A stretch of 64,000 nucleotides of DNA from Anaeromyxobacteraceae bacterium (GCA_032654565.1 JAULAX010000015.1:352001-416000); one strand, 5' to 3'. Positions 20,799-30,447 are shown, numbered from the stretch's first letter. Translations and numbers: made by a program. Notes: generated from the sequence alone by a model not told the origin.

Positions 20799-21851
20799 TC
20801 AGAACCCAAGCACCGCCTCCCTGAACTGCTGCGCGACGTCCTCACCGCGGCGCTCTCCCAGGGCATCGAGATAGATGCGCACCTGCGGCGCCACGCGGAT
20901 GCTGTCACGCTCCTCCGTCAGCCCGGTCCCGACCCGCCCGGTGTCGCGCAGGAGCCTGAGGTTCGCGCCGCGCTCGGTCGGCCTGGCGCCGAGCGTCGCG
21001 GCGACGGTCTCGAGGCGCAGGTCGGGATCGATCCGCACCGCGGAAGTCAGCACGTTGGAGGGGCCGAAGCCGAACAGCGCAGCCGCGGCCCCTCCGGTGA
21101 GGGCATGCCGAACGCCAGCCCCGGCCAGCTTGCCCTCCACCAGCGCCCAGAGCTCCTCGGGACGCCTGGCGTAGACCGCGACATCGAGCCGCTGCTCCGC
21201 CCGCCGGGCCACGGGCTGGGCCTGGAGCCAGTCGAGGAGCGCCGTGCGGTCGGCGACCAGCCGCCGGCGCGAGGGGCCGGTGCCGGTGGACTGGACCAGG
21301 CCGCTCGCCTCGAGGAGCTCGAGCACCGAGTGGGTCTGGGAGAGCGACAGGGAGACCCGGGTGGCGAGCCCGGAAACCGAGACCGGTCCAGCGTTGACGA
21401 GGAGCGCCTGGATGGCCCGGACCCCGTGCGCCCCAAGCCCGGCGGCCCGCTCGCGGCTGGCCCCTGGACTGGCCTCGACGTGGATGACGCCGGCGCCCGA
21501 GACCAGGTGCAGGTTTCCCCTGCTGTCGAGGTAGCCGGCCTCACTGGCCTCGAGCAGGCTCCTGGCGCGCCTGGGGATCAACGAGCCGACCACCAGGGTC
21601 CCTGGCCGTGGGGGGAGGCGGGCGATGAAGTCCCGCAGCTCGGTGTCGCCGAGCGCGGCTGGAAGCGGGTGGAGTGTCAGCGGATGGCGCCGACCCTTGA
21701 AGACCAGCGAGGGCTGGTCGGCCGCGCCCACCTGCAGCCACTCGCGGGGCGTCACCCATCGCAGGTACCTGGCTGGAAGTTCGAGTCGAATCGGCATGAG
21801 GCCCGTCGCTGATTTTCGCTGCTGACCAACTTTCGCCAGCTGCCGAAACAA
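20799..21851 (-). CDS. AbiEi-like (type IV TA) antitoxin/wHTH protein, orphan
   Basis: GYLDSRGNLHL, central wHTH, ALTGGAAA, C-terminal VAPQVRIYLDALGERRGED; start uncertain. Confidence 0.7.
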   Translation of the reverse strand: MFRQLAKVGQQRKSATGLMPIRLELPARYLRWVTPREWLQVGAADQPSLVFKGRRHPLTLHPLPAALGDTELRDFIARLPPRPGTLVVGSLIPRRARSLLEASEAGYLDSRGNLHLVSGAGVIHVEASPGASRERAAGLGAHGVRAIQALLVNAGPVSVSGLATRVSLSLSQTHSVLELLEASGLVQSTGTGPSRRRLVADRTALLDWLQAQPVARRAEQRLDVAVYARRPEELWALVEGKLAGAGVRHALTGGAAAALFGFGPSNVLTSAVRIDPDLRLETVAATLGARPTERGANLRLLRDTGRVGTGLTEERDSIRVAPQVRIYLDALGERRGEDVAQQFREAVLGF

Positions 21852-21887
21852 ACTCTATAACGAAAGACAGCCAGCATCAACCCGGCC

Positions 21888-22145
21888 TTGCAGCTCAAGG
21901 AAGTCGGGGCCGCCGTCGAGGCCGAGCTGCTGGAGATGAACCTGGCCGCCCTGCGCGCCCACCTCAAGAAGACACAGGTCCAGCTCGCCAAGGCGGCGAA
22001 GATGTCACAGCCCGAGGTCTCCGCGGCCGAGAGGCGAGCCGACCACCTGGTCTCTACCCTTCGGCGCTACGTCAAGGCGCTGGGCGGCGAGCTCGAGGTC
22101 AACGCCAAGTTCGGCGACATGAGGATCGAGCTCAAGGGCGTCTGA
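21888..22145 (+). CDS. XRE-family HTH antitoxin (HigA-like), probably 5'-truncated, no toxin
   Basis: LAALRAHLKKTQVQLAKAAKMSQPEVSAAERRAD..STLRRYVKALGGEL. Confidence 0.7.
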   Translation: MQLKEVGAAVEAELLEMNLAALRAHLKKTQVQLAKAAKMSQPEVSAAERRADHLVSTLRRYVKALGGELEVNAKFGDMRIELKGV

Positions 22146-22246
22146 TCGAGGTCCCGGCGTCCTCTTCCTGGAGCCGCCTTACCGACCGATCGCCCGGAGC
22201 GCACGCCGCGTCGAGGAGAGCAGGGCCCGCTCGGGTTGAGGTCATG

Positions 22247-23449
22247 TCAAGTGCTCCCACGCTTCGCTCCAGCGACTCCCAGCCCCGGCATGGACCTCCG
22301 CATGAACTCATCGAACATGGGCACGGTGAACGCAGTGTCACCGTGCTGCGGGCTATAGACCATGCCCTTCTTGATGAGCTTGTCCCGAAGAGGCGCCGCC
22401 GCCGAGACCTTGAGCCGGAGCTTCGCGGCGATCTCGCCAGAACGATGAGGCCCCGGCCCCAGCTCAGCCATGGCGCGGGCGTAATCACGCTCGCGCGGCG
22501 TGAGACGATCGAGTCGTACTCGGAAGAAGCCCTTGTCCAGGGCCCTGAGCGCCCTCCCCGACGCCAAGCGAGCATCCTCGCCCGAGATGGGAGAAGCGGC
22601 GCTCACGTCCCAAGCGTGGAAGCCCCACTCCTGGAGGAAATACGGGTACCCCCTGGTCCGCCTGATGACCTCGTCCAGCGCCTCATCGGTGATCTCGACA
22701 CCCTCTCTCCGAACCGGGGCCGCGATGGCTTCCCGGGCGGCCGAGGCGGAGAGCGGACCGACATCCGGAAAGTCGAACAGCCGCTCGGCGTAGGACTTCG
22801 CCTCACCCGCCAGCCCCGCAAGCTGCGGGAGGCCGGCACCGAAGAAGACCAGGGGCAGACCACGCTGCGTCACCCGGTGCAGGGAGACGATCAGCGCCGC
22901 CAGGTCGGTTTCGGAGAGGTACTGAACCTCATCGATGAAGAGCGCGACGGCCGTTCCCGCCTCCTTGGCCGCGACCGCAACTGCAACCAGCACCTCGGTG
23001 AGATCCGCGGGCAGGTAGCCCGTGTCCGCTGCGCCAAGCTCCGGTTCGATGGTGAATTCGACGTCGCCGACCTTGACCTTGAACGCCCTTGCGAAGGAGC
23101 GGAGGACGGCGAGGCCACGCCGCGCCACGTCCCTGCCCTGGGCCAAGCGGCTCATCTTGAAGAGCAGCTGCCGGAGCGGCGGAACCAGCATGTCGGCCAA
23201 ACGCCTCTCCTCCGGCGCTTCAAGCAACACAGGTTGGGACCCGGCACCTTCCGCGATGCCTGCGATCCTGTTGAGGAGCACGGTCTTGCCGACTCCCCGA
23301 AGTCCAAGAAGCAACTGGCTCCTTGCTGGGCGCCCGCACCTGGCGCGAGCAAGCGCCACGGTGGCGCTGGAGATGATCTCCTCCCGCCCAGCCAGTTCAG
23401 GCGGCTCGGTTCCGGCTCCTGGAGCAAACGGGTTGGCGGTCGGATCCAT
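22247..23449 (-). CDS. AAA ATPase with C-terminal winged helix
   Basis: NPFAPGAG..LAGRE, Walker A GLRGVGKT, Walker B LFIDEVQ, GYPYFLQ, C-terminal wHTH. Confidence 0.85.
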   Translation of the reverse strand: MDPTANPFAPGAGTEPPELAGREEIISSATVALARARCGRPARSQLLLGLRGVGKTVLLNRIAGIAEGAGSQPVLLEAPEERRLADMLVPPLRQLLFKMSRLAQGRDVARRGLAVLRSFARAFKVKVGDVEFTIEPELGAADTGYLPADLTEVLVAVAVAAKEAGTAVALFIDEVQYLSETDLAALIVSLHRVTQRGLPLVFFGAGLPQLAGLAGEAKSYAERLFDFPDVGPLSASAAREAIAAPVRREGVEITDEALDEVIRRTRGYPYFLQEWGFHAWDVSAASPISGEDARLASGRALRALDKGFFRVRLDRLTPRERDYARAMAELGPGPHRSGEIAAKLRLKVSAAAPLRDKLIKKGMVYSPQHGDTAFTVPMFDEFMRRSMPGLGVAGAKRGST

Positions 23450-23519
23450 GCTCGAGTTAAGCGCCTATATGAAGGTTACTAATCTTATCTGGCACTACGG
23501 TAACATCAATAATATCGGA

Positions 23520-23876
23520 CTACTTACCCCTCGGCTTCCGCCCCTTCCGCACGGCCCTGCGCAGCGCCGCCGTCGGTCGCGGTGGGTTGGCGACCGCCTC
23601 GGCGGCCATCGAGAACTCCCGCGCGCCGAGCGTCAGCCGCTCCCGGCTGGCCGTCCACTCCATCTGGCTCAGCGCCGGGGTGGAGAGCTGGCTGATGACC
23701 CGCTGGGTCTCGGCGTCGATGATCGCCATGCGCCGCCCGCGTCGGGCCTCGGCCAGGCTGGTGAAGAGCAGGGCGAGCGCCTCCTCGATGATGGCGCTCT
23801 TCGACATCTGGAGCTCTTCGGCCAGCTCCGCCAGCTGCTGGGCGCGGGGGTCTGGAAGGGTGGTCTCGATGCGCAT
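23520..23876 (-). CDS. RHH/DUF1778 (TacA-like) antitoxin, orphan
   Basis: RHH N-terminus (LAEELQMSKSAIIEEAL) and RLTLGAREF..ANPPRPTAALRRA tail; no GNAT gene adjacent. Confidence 0.6.
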   Translation of the reverse strand: MRIETTLPDPRAQQLAELAEELQMSKSAIIEEALALLFTSLAEARRGRRMAIIDAETQRVISQLSTPALSQMEWTASRERLTLGAREFSMAAEAVANPPRPTAALRRAVRKGRKPRGK

Positions 23877-23975
23877 GCCGGGCTCCGGGGAAGTGAGGGC
23901 AAAGTGAGTATCTCCCCCGGGCCTGACATTGTCCATCCCCCGGACCTCTCCAGCTCCTCCATCCTCCGCCGCCCC

Positions 23976-24005
23976 CGCGCACATCTGCGCCGCCTCGCCG
24001 GACCC
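23976..24005. repeat. Repeat R3, copy 4
   Basis: cgcgcacatctgcgccgcctcgccggaccc. Confidence 0.9.
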
Positions 24006-24127
24006 TCACCGCCGCGCTCGCGCTTCCAGTCCCGCCGGAACGCCCAGGTGTGCTCAATCGTCCGCATCCAGGTCGGCCATCACGTCCTTGACCGTGGCGT
24101 GGGCCTTGAGGCCGCCGCGGCGTGCTT
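24006..24127 (-). pseudogene. Internally deleted yafQ plus dinJ 3' remnant
   Basis: Matches 19773-19786 joined directly to ~20019-20127 through a GCGCTC microhomology. Confidence 0.85.
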
Positions 24128-24129
24128 CG

Positions 24130-24924
24130 TTACATCCGCTCCTTGAAGACCGCTGAGACCGTACGCACCACATGCTTGGCGACCATGGCGCCGTCGTCGG
24201 GTGAGTAGCCCGGCAGCAGCTTCAGGACTCGCTGCACCCCGGGCGAGCGCTCCGAGCCAAAGTGCTCCCGAAGCCGGCCGAGGATTGACTCATCCCGAGG
24301 GTCCCTGAGCGCCGCGGCGATGAGCGCCGGCGTCTTGAGGTGGATGTACCCGTAGATGTCGAGCGCGTCCTTCGCCTTGTGCTGCTCCTGACGCATGGCG
24401 TCGGTGCGGTCGAAGTTGTCCAGCTTCATCCGAAGGAAGTCGGCAGGATGGGGCAGCTTGATCCGAAGCTCCCTTCCTTGGACCGGCACCACGACCTCTC
24501 GGGCGCGATCCAGAATCCGCTGGCCGTCCTCGACGGGGGTCATCTGTGTCACAGGGTCCTTGTGGCCCACTGGGATGAAGAGGTCGAGCTCCATGACCCC
24601 TCCTGCCAGGGCCTTGGCCCACTTGAACGCCCTTCCCGTTCGCCGGAACCCGCACTCCCGCAACGTGACGGGAAGCTGGTCCCACAAGGCCGACTCCTCG
24701 ATGGAGGGGGGATCCACCAACAGGTCCGGCTCCATCGAGAACGGTCGCTGTATCCGCTGGCCGGTGTCGGTCTCCACCTGGAAGACGGCAGGCGCCCCTG
24801 CCGCCATCTGCTCAATGGCCAGGACCTGGCCGCCGATGAGCACCGCGTCGTTCAGGTAGTCCATGCGGTTCCTGACGACGGCCAGTTCTAGAAGTATGGC
24901 CTCGAACAGCGCCTGGTCGCTCAC
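24130..24924 (-). CDS. Nucleotidyltransferase-fold toxin candidate
   Basis: AVLIGGQVL..SMEPDLLV, ELDLFIP, FLRMK..KAKDALDIY; GTGA coupling to upstream gene. Confidence 0.7.
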   Translation of the reverse strand: MSDQALFEAILLELAVVRNRMDYLNDAVLIGGQVLAIEQMAAGAPAVFQVETDTGQRIQRPFSMEPDLLVDPPSIEESALWDQLPVTLRECGFRRTGRAFKWAKALAGGVMELDLFIPVGHKDPVTQMTPVEDGQRILDRAREVVVPVQGRELRIKLPHPADFLRMKLDNFDRTDAMRQEQHKAKDALDIYGYIHLKTPALIAAALRDPRDESILGRLREHFGSERSPGVQRVLKLLPGYSPDDGAMVAKHVVRTVSAVFKERM

Positions 24925-26036
24925 ACCACCCCCACCCCAAGCGGCAGTTGCTTCGTGAAGACGTCCACCACCCGCTCCATCGCATCGAGGCCGCGCGCCG
25001 GCCCCGAGGCGACGTCCACCGCCAACTGGGCAAGAGAAACGCCCGAACCAACATCCAACTCGCGCGCCCCCTCCTCGACGCCGCCGGGCCCGAGGTCCGC
25101 TCGCGGATCACCGCGAAAGACCCAGAAGTTGTGCGGAGTCGTGTCTTCGAGGCCGAGAGCCTCCCCGAACACGCCGATGTCACCAGACACATAGGCTCCG
25201 TGCGGAAGCCCGGCGACGATCACTTCCTCGGGGCGGAGCCCACTCGCGAGCGTGAAGTGGACTCGAACGCCGGCTTCGCGCGCCTTGGCCGCAGCTCGAG
25301 CCAGGGCCTCCGGGCGCGTGTTCGGAGCGTAGAACCGCGCGATGCTCGCCGACGCCCCTTCCGGACTCGTCGCCCACGCCCGAAGCAGTGCGGACGCGTC
25401 CCGGGTGGCGTACCCGCCGCGAGGAGACGGCCGCTCGACGTAGCTTTCGCTCTCGAGTCGCCCAAGCACACGGTAAGCGAAGGCGAAACTCACTCCCGCG
25501 GCGTCGGCGATGGCCTTCACCGGGAACCGCTGTCCAGGATGCACCAGAAGCGTGCGCACGACCCTCCGGGCACGGCCGCTGAAGAGGCTCACTCGCTTGT
25601 CTCGGCGAGCACCCGAAGCCCCAACGACGTGAACGAACAGGGGGCCTTGGTGGAGGACGACCGTCCCCGTCCGGTCCAAGACGCCGAGACCCTCGCGAGT
25701 ACAGAGTTCAACCACAGACCGAGACGCAACATCCGCAGCGAGAACCGGCAGCAGCGGCGCAGTGCGCCCTCGAAGGCGCAACTGCTCCGCGACCCCAGCG
25801 AGCAGGGCCTTGACCTTGAGTGCGTCATGTGGGGTTGGAGCCGATCGATAGGCGACCAGCAAGGCGACCGCTACTCCGGGCGTCTTCAGCGTCCCGATGT
25901 CGATGGTGCTCTCGCCCCCTCGGCCCCGGCGCGGGACCACCAGCGTCTCCTGGTGCTGGAGCAGCAGGCCAGAGGGCAGGGGCGGCGGCACCGTCCAGAA
26001 GGCCCCCCTCCCAGTATCTGTATCTGTCTTGCGCAT
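24921..26036 (-). CDS. AbiEi-like wHTH antitoxin candidate
   Basis: GVLDRTGTV, SLFSGRARRVVRTLL..IADAAGVS wHTH, C-terminal VSLAQLAVD..RGLDA; start uncertain. Confidence 0.65.
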   Translation of the reverse strand: MRKTDTDTGRGAFWTVPPPLPSGLLLQHQETLVVPRRGRGGESTIDIGTLKTPGVAVALLVAYRSAPTPHDALKVKALLAGVAEQLRLRGRTAPLLPVLAADVASRSVVELCTREGLGVLDRTGTVVLHQGPLFVHVVGASGARRDKRVSLFSGRARRVVRTLLVHPGQRFPVKAIADAAGVSFAFAYRVLGRLESESYVERPSPRGGYATRDASALLRAWATSPEGASASIARFYAPNTRPEALARAAAKAREAGVRVHFTLASGLRPEEVIVAGLPHGAYVSGDIGVFGEALGLEDTTPHNFWVFRGDPRADLGPGGVEEGARELDVGSGVSLAQLAVDVASGPARGLDAMERVVDVFTKQLPLGVGVV

Positions 26037-26175
26037 TACGGGTAATATTAACCACTCAAACCTGAATTGACAAATGCAACGGCCTCGATGTCTATCAATA
26101 TCACCCGCATAAGGAAAATACGAGATCCCCGGTGGAGCAGACCGGACAGGCACCGACATGCGATGCACACGTCAG

Positions 26176-26240
26176 GGGACGCCGACGCCGGGCAGTTCAG
26201 CGACCGCTCTCGGGCCTCCTGGCACTACCGGCTCGGCCTC
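26176..26240 (+). repeat. 65-bp direct repeat R4, copy 2
   Basis: Matches 20483-20547 with few substitutions. Confidence 0.88.
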
Positions 26241-26408
26241 GCCCTCCGTCCGGCCTCCCGCCCCCTCCCCCCGCGCGCGGTCCGTCACCCATCGCGGCCC
26301 CCCGCACCCCCCACCTCTTCCTTGGACTTCACCCCCCCGGATCCACTAATGTTTCCCTCCTTTAGCGCCTGAGCGTCCGCGTCCGCGGGCCGCCGTGGGG
26401 GAAGCCGG

Positions 26409-28637
26409 ATGTCCGAGCCGCACAGCAACGCCCCCGAAGGCCGCAGCATGGTCTCGGAGGTCACCGACTCCATCGACCTGCAGGCCTACTGGCGCACCAT
26501 CGTGCGGCGGCGCTGGCTGATCATCCCGTTCTTCCTGGCGGTGGTGCTGGTCACCGGCATCATCACGCTGCGCCAGACCCGCATCTACGACGCCACCTGC
26601 ACCATCATCATCGACCTCTCCGCCCCCAAGGTGCTGGACAAGGACTCGGTGCAGGAGGTGGTCGAGTCGGGCAGCGGCGGCTACTGGTACTCGAAGGAGT
26701 TCTACGAGACCCAGTACAAGGTGCTGACCAGCCGCACCGTGGCGCAGCGGGTGGTGGACAAGCTGCAGCTCGGGCAGAACCTGAAGTTCCTGGGGCTGGA
26801 CGACGTGCAGGACCCGGCCGAGCTGGAGAAGTGGAAGGCCAAGGCCGACCCGGTCACCGTCCTCCTCAAGAACCTCAAGCTCTCCCCGGTGAAGGACTCG
26901 CGGATCGTGCGGCTCACCTACGAGGACCCCGACCCGCAGTTCGCCGCCCAGGTGGCCAACACGCTGGCCGAGAGCTACATCGCCGAGAACCTGTCGGTGA
27001 AGACGGTGACCACGCAGAACGCCTCGGAGTGGCTGGAGACGCAGCTTGCCGACCTGGAGCGGAAGCTGGACCTGAGCAGCAAGGCGCTCTTCGAGTTCAA
27101 GAAGAGCCACGACATCGTGGCCACCACCTGGGAAGACCGGCAGTCGATGGTCACGCAGCGGCTCACGCAGATCAACGACGCCCTGACCCGGGCCCGGGTG
27201 CGGCGCGCCGAGCTGCAGGCCCGCAACGATGCCATCGCCGCGGCCAGCGCCTCGCTGGACCAGGCCGGGGCCGACGTGGAGGCGCTGCAGCCGGTGGCCA
27301 CCTCGGTGGCGATCCAGACCATGAAGCTGCGCTACGTGGAGACGCGGGCCGACTGCGCCGACCTGCGCAGCCGCTACGGCGACGACCACCCGCGCCTGCA
27401 GGCCTGCGAGAAGAAGCTGGCCGAGACCCGCCAGGGGATGCGCGACGAGATCAAGACGGCGCTCAATGCGTCGCGCCAGGAGTTCCTGGAGGTGATCAAG
27501 ACCGAGCGGAACCTGCTCGGCCTGCTGACCGAGACCAAGACCGACGCCTTCGGCCTGAACCAGTACGAGCGCGACTACCTGGAGCTGAAGCGCGGCTACG
27601 ACAACAACCAGCGACTCTACGAGCTGGTGTTGAAGCGGCTGAAGGACACCGGCGTCTCCGGCATGCTGCAGGTCTCGAACGTGCGGATCCTGGACCGGGC
27701 CCGCCCCGCCAGCCGGCCGGTGCGACCGGACCTGCTGCGCAACCTGGCGCTGGCGATCCTGATCGGCCTGCTGGGCGGCGTCGGCCTGGCCTTCGGCGCC
27801 GAGGCGCTGGACACGTCGATCACCAACCAGCAGCAGATCGAGGAGCGGCTGGGGCTGACCTTCCTGGGGATCATTCCCTCGATAGAGAAAGCAAAGGACG
27901 GCACGGCGCAGGACCTGATTGTGCACACGCAGCCGAAGAGCGCGGTGGCCGAGTGCCTGCGGGCGGTGCGGACCAACCTGCTCTTCATGTCTCCTGAGAA
28001 GCCGCTCAAGACCATCATGGTCACCTCGCCCGGGCCGCAGGAGGGCAAGACCACCACGGCCATCTCGCTGGCGGTGACCATGGCGGCCAGCGGCAACCGG
28101 GTGCTGCTGGTGGACGCCGACATGCGGCGGCCGCGGGTGCACCGGGCCTTCGGCCTGCCGAACCAGGCGGGCTTGAGCAGCCTGATCCTGGGGGAGGGGA
28201 CGCTGGCCACGCTGGCGCTGCCCACGCCGGTGGAGCACCTGTTCGTGCTGCCGTGCGGGCCGGTGCCGCCCAACCCGGCCGAGCTGCTGCACACCGCCGC
28301 CTTCCAGCGGATCCTGGCCGAGATGGCCGGCAGCTATGACCGGGTGATCATCGACTCGCCGCCGATCGGCGTGGTGGCCGACGCGGTGGTGATGGCCACG
28401 CACATGGACGGCACGCTGATGGTGCTGAAGGCGGGCCAGACCTCTCGCGACGTGGCCAAGCAAGCGGTGCGGCAGCTGAGCGACGTGAAAGCGCCGCTGT
28501 TCGGGGCCGTGCTCAACGACCTGGACCTGACCGACCAGAAGTACGGGCAGTATGCGTACTACTACCGGTACGGGTATTATTACGGCGACAAGGACAACAA
28601 GGGTTCCGCCAAGACGGCGGATGCGTCCTCATCGTAA
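26409..28637 (+). CDS. wzc: Polysaccharide co-polymerase / BY tyrosine kinase (Wzc/GumC)
   Basis: Two TM helices, coiled coil, SPGPQEGKT, VDADMRRP, IIDSPP, Tyr cluster YAYYYRYGYYYG. Confidence 0.95.
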   Translation: MSEPHSNAPEGRSMVSEVTDSIDLQAYWRTIVRRRWLIIPFFLAVVLVTGIITLRQTRIYDATCTIIIDLSAPKVLDKDSVQEVVESGSGGYWYSKEFYETQYKVLTSRTVAQRVVDKLQLGQNLKFLGLDDVQDPAELEKWKAKADPVTVLLKNLKLSPVKDSRIVRLTYEDPDPQFAAQVANTLAESYIAENLSVKTVTTQNASEWLETQLADLERKLDLSSKALFEFKKSHDIVATTWEDRQSMVTQRLTQINDALTRARVRRAELQARNDAIAAASASLDQAGADVEALQPVATSVAIQTMKLRYVETRADCADLRSRYGDDHPRLQACEKKLAETRQGMRDEIKTALNASRQEFLEVIKTERNLLGLLTETKTDAFGLNQYERDYLELKRGYDNNQRLYELVLKRLKDTGVSGMLQVSNVRILDRARPASRPVRPDLLRNLALAILIGLLGGVGLAFGAEALDTSITNQQQIEERLGLTFLGIIPSIEKAKDGTAQDLIVHTQPKSAVAECLRAVRTNLLFMSPEKPLKTIMVTSPGPQEGKTTTAISLAVTMAASGNRVLLVDADMRRPRVHRAFGLPNQAGLSSLILGEGTLATLALPTPVEHLFVLPCGPVPPNPAELLHTAAFQRILAEMAGSYDRVIIDSPPIGVVADAVVMATHMDGTLMVLKAGQTSRDVAKQAVRQLSDVKAPLFGAVLNDLDLTDQKYGQYAYYYRYGYYYGDKDNKGSAKTADASSS

Positions 28638-28720
28638 CAAGCCATATCGCCACAAGTGTCTTGGGGTGCACGGGGCGTAACCGCCGAAACCAAGACAGAT
28701 CGGCAATGGGAGAAGCCATC

Positions 28721-28972
28721 GTGAAGGCCGTCATCCTGTGCGGTGGTCAAGGCACTCGCATCCGCGACGCAAACGAGTCGCTGCCGAAGCCCATGCTGCC
28801 CATCGGCGGCAAGCCGATCGTCTGGCACATCATGAAGATGTATGCCCGCCACGGGGTGCGCGAGTTCGTGCTCTGCCTCGGCTACCGGGGCTGGGCGCTG
28901 AAGGAGTTCTTCCTCAACTACAAGGCCATGACCTCCGACCTGACTGTGACCCTGGGGCGCCGTGCTCAATGA
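28721..28972 (+). pseudogene. rfbF: Truncated glucose-1-phosphate cytidylyltransferase (N-terminal ~80 aa)
   Basis: KAVILCGGQGTRI..PKPMLPIGGKPIVWHIMK..LCLGY, then fused to a wzc fragment. Confidence 0.85.
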
Positions 28973-29072
28973 CCTCGACCTGACCGATCAGAAGTACGGA
29001 CAGTATGCGTACTATTACAGGTATGGGTACTATTACGGGGAAACTGGCGCTTCAAAGCCGATCGAATCCTGA
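28956..29072 (+). pseudogene. Diverged duplicate of the wzc 3' end
   Basis: Encodes GAVLNDLDLTDQKYGQYAYYYRYGYYYG, identical to wzc but with synonymous changes, then a different tail and stop. Confidence 0.9.
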
Positions 29073-29208
29073 ATCTGGGGAGCGAAGATTGAACCGCCTG
29101 TGAACGCGGTTACTTCCAGATTTAGCCGATTGCACTCAAACCCGCAGCGGCTGACGGTGCGTCATCCTCTACAAGTCGACTCCTCACAACCCCAAGCTAC
29201 CGATTTCC

Positions 29209-30447
29209 ATGAGCTTCAGTTGGCGCCATCACTCAACAGGCTTCCTCCAACTGCTTGGGTCTGGACTCCTTTCGGCAGCCGGACTCACGGCAGTTGCGTC
29301 CAATCGATGGAACCTCCTAGATAAGGGAACAGCCGTATTCTTTCTCCTGTTTATTCAATGGCAGACATTCAGCCTAACTATAGCCAAGTGTGGCATCGAT
29401 AACTTCATCTTTGCCACACTGAGTCGCGACGCGTCATTGTTCATCAACATTCGTCGGGCAATATTCAGAACAACCCTGCCACTAGTTGCCGCGGCATCCT
29501 TCTTGAGTTTCTGGATCTTTCCGCTATGGGCGGTCGCAGCAATGGGAATCTCGGTGGTCCTGGATAGCTACTCGTTGATGGCGATTGCCGAGACAAACGC
29601 ACAGGCGAAATTCAGAAAGACGGCGTTCGCGAATCTCCTGAACTACCCTTTGTTCCTGCTTGGCGTTGCGGGTCTATCCATTGCTGGAAAGGCTGGCTCG
29701 TTCGAGATTGCGGTGACGTTTCTTTTCTCAAGTGGACTCCGAGCGGTTTGGCTTGCCGCCCACAGAGACCATAGAGAACTTGGAAAGGCCACTCTATCGG
29801 TTAGCCCGTTGGCGCAAGTGTCACTCGGAACACAACAGGCTGGAAACTATGCGCTCTTTCGCATTGACCAACTAATAATTGGGTTTGAGGGCGCGCGAAA
29901 CCTTCTAAGCGTTTCACCTGCAGTACTAAGTAGTTATCTGTTTCTTGCAAAATTCCCAGAGCTCTGTTCGGGACTCTTCAACCATGTCGGCACGGTATCG
30001 TTTCCAGCAATCGCAAACTCTGATAGCGATCTGCGGCGTTGGGTTACGCCCTGGCGCATAACGCTAATAACTGCAGCACTCGCCCTTGGGATATTGCTGA
30101 CCGGCGCTGGATTTCGTTTGCTTTGGCTGGGGAACCCAAGGCTAACCTTTGGGGGCATATTGCCATTCGCCATTCATGCAATATTCATACTCCCAGCGAA
30201 CGCAATAACCTACCGCCTCTTGTCTCATGGTCAACTACATTCGCTGTTGGTGCGCCAGGGCGCCGCCCTGGCGGTTGGGGCTCTTGGCCTTGCCATACTC
30301 TACTTGTGTGGCGCAACTGATGGTCTTGCATGGATGGTTCCTATCCAACTGATAGCCTTTACGGGCCTCGGATTCCTGTTAGAGGGAAATGCCGAGGGTA
30401 AGACGCTCCCCCAAGGGCCGCCGAATGGTGGAAGCTTATCCGCATGA
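29209..30447 (+). CDS. Probable polysaccharide flippase (Wzx-like), lower GC
   Basis: Many TM helices; first gene of the lower-GC polysaccharide block. Confidence 0.55.
   Translation: MSFSWRHHSTGFLQLLGSGLLSAAGLTAVASNRWNLLDKGTAVFFLLFIQWQTFSLTIAKCGIDNFIFATLSRDASLFINIRRAIFRTTLPLVAAASFLSFWIFPLWAVAAMGISVVLDSYSLMAIAETNAQAKFRKTAFANLLNYPLFLLGVAGLSIAGKAGSFEIAVTFLFSSGLRAVWLAAHRDHRELGKATLSVSPLAQVSLGTQQAGNYALFRIDQLIIGFEGARNLLSVSPAVLSSYLFLAKFPELCSGLFNHVGTVSFPAIANSDSDLRRWVTPWRITLITAALALGILLTGAGFRLLWLGNPRLTFGGILPFAIHAIFILPANAITYRLLSHGQLHSLLVRQGAALAVGALGLAILYLCGATDGLAWMVPIQLIAFTGLGFLLEGNAEGKTLPQGPPNGGSLSA

Noticed and set aside
18611..24005. R3 repeats as a CRISPR array
   Set aside because: The 35-bp length fits, but the spacing is 0.8-3.4 kb of genes and no cas genes are present
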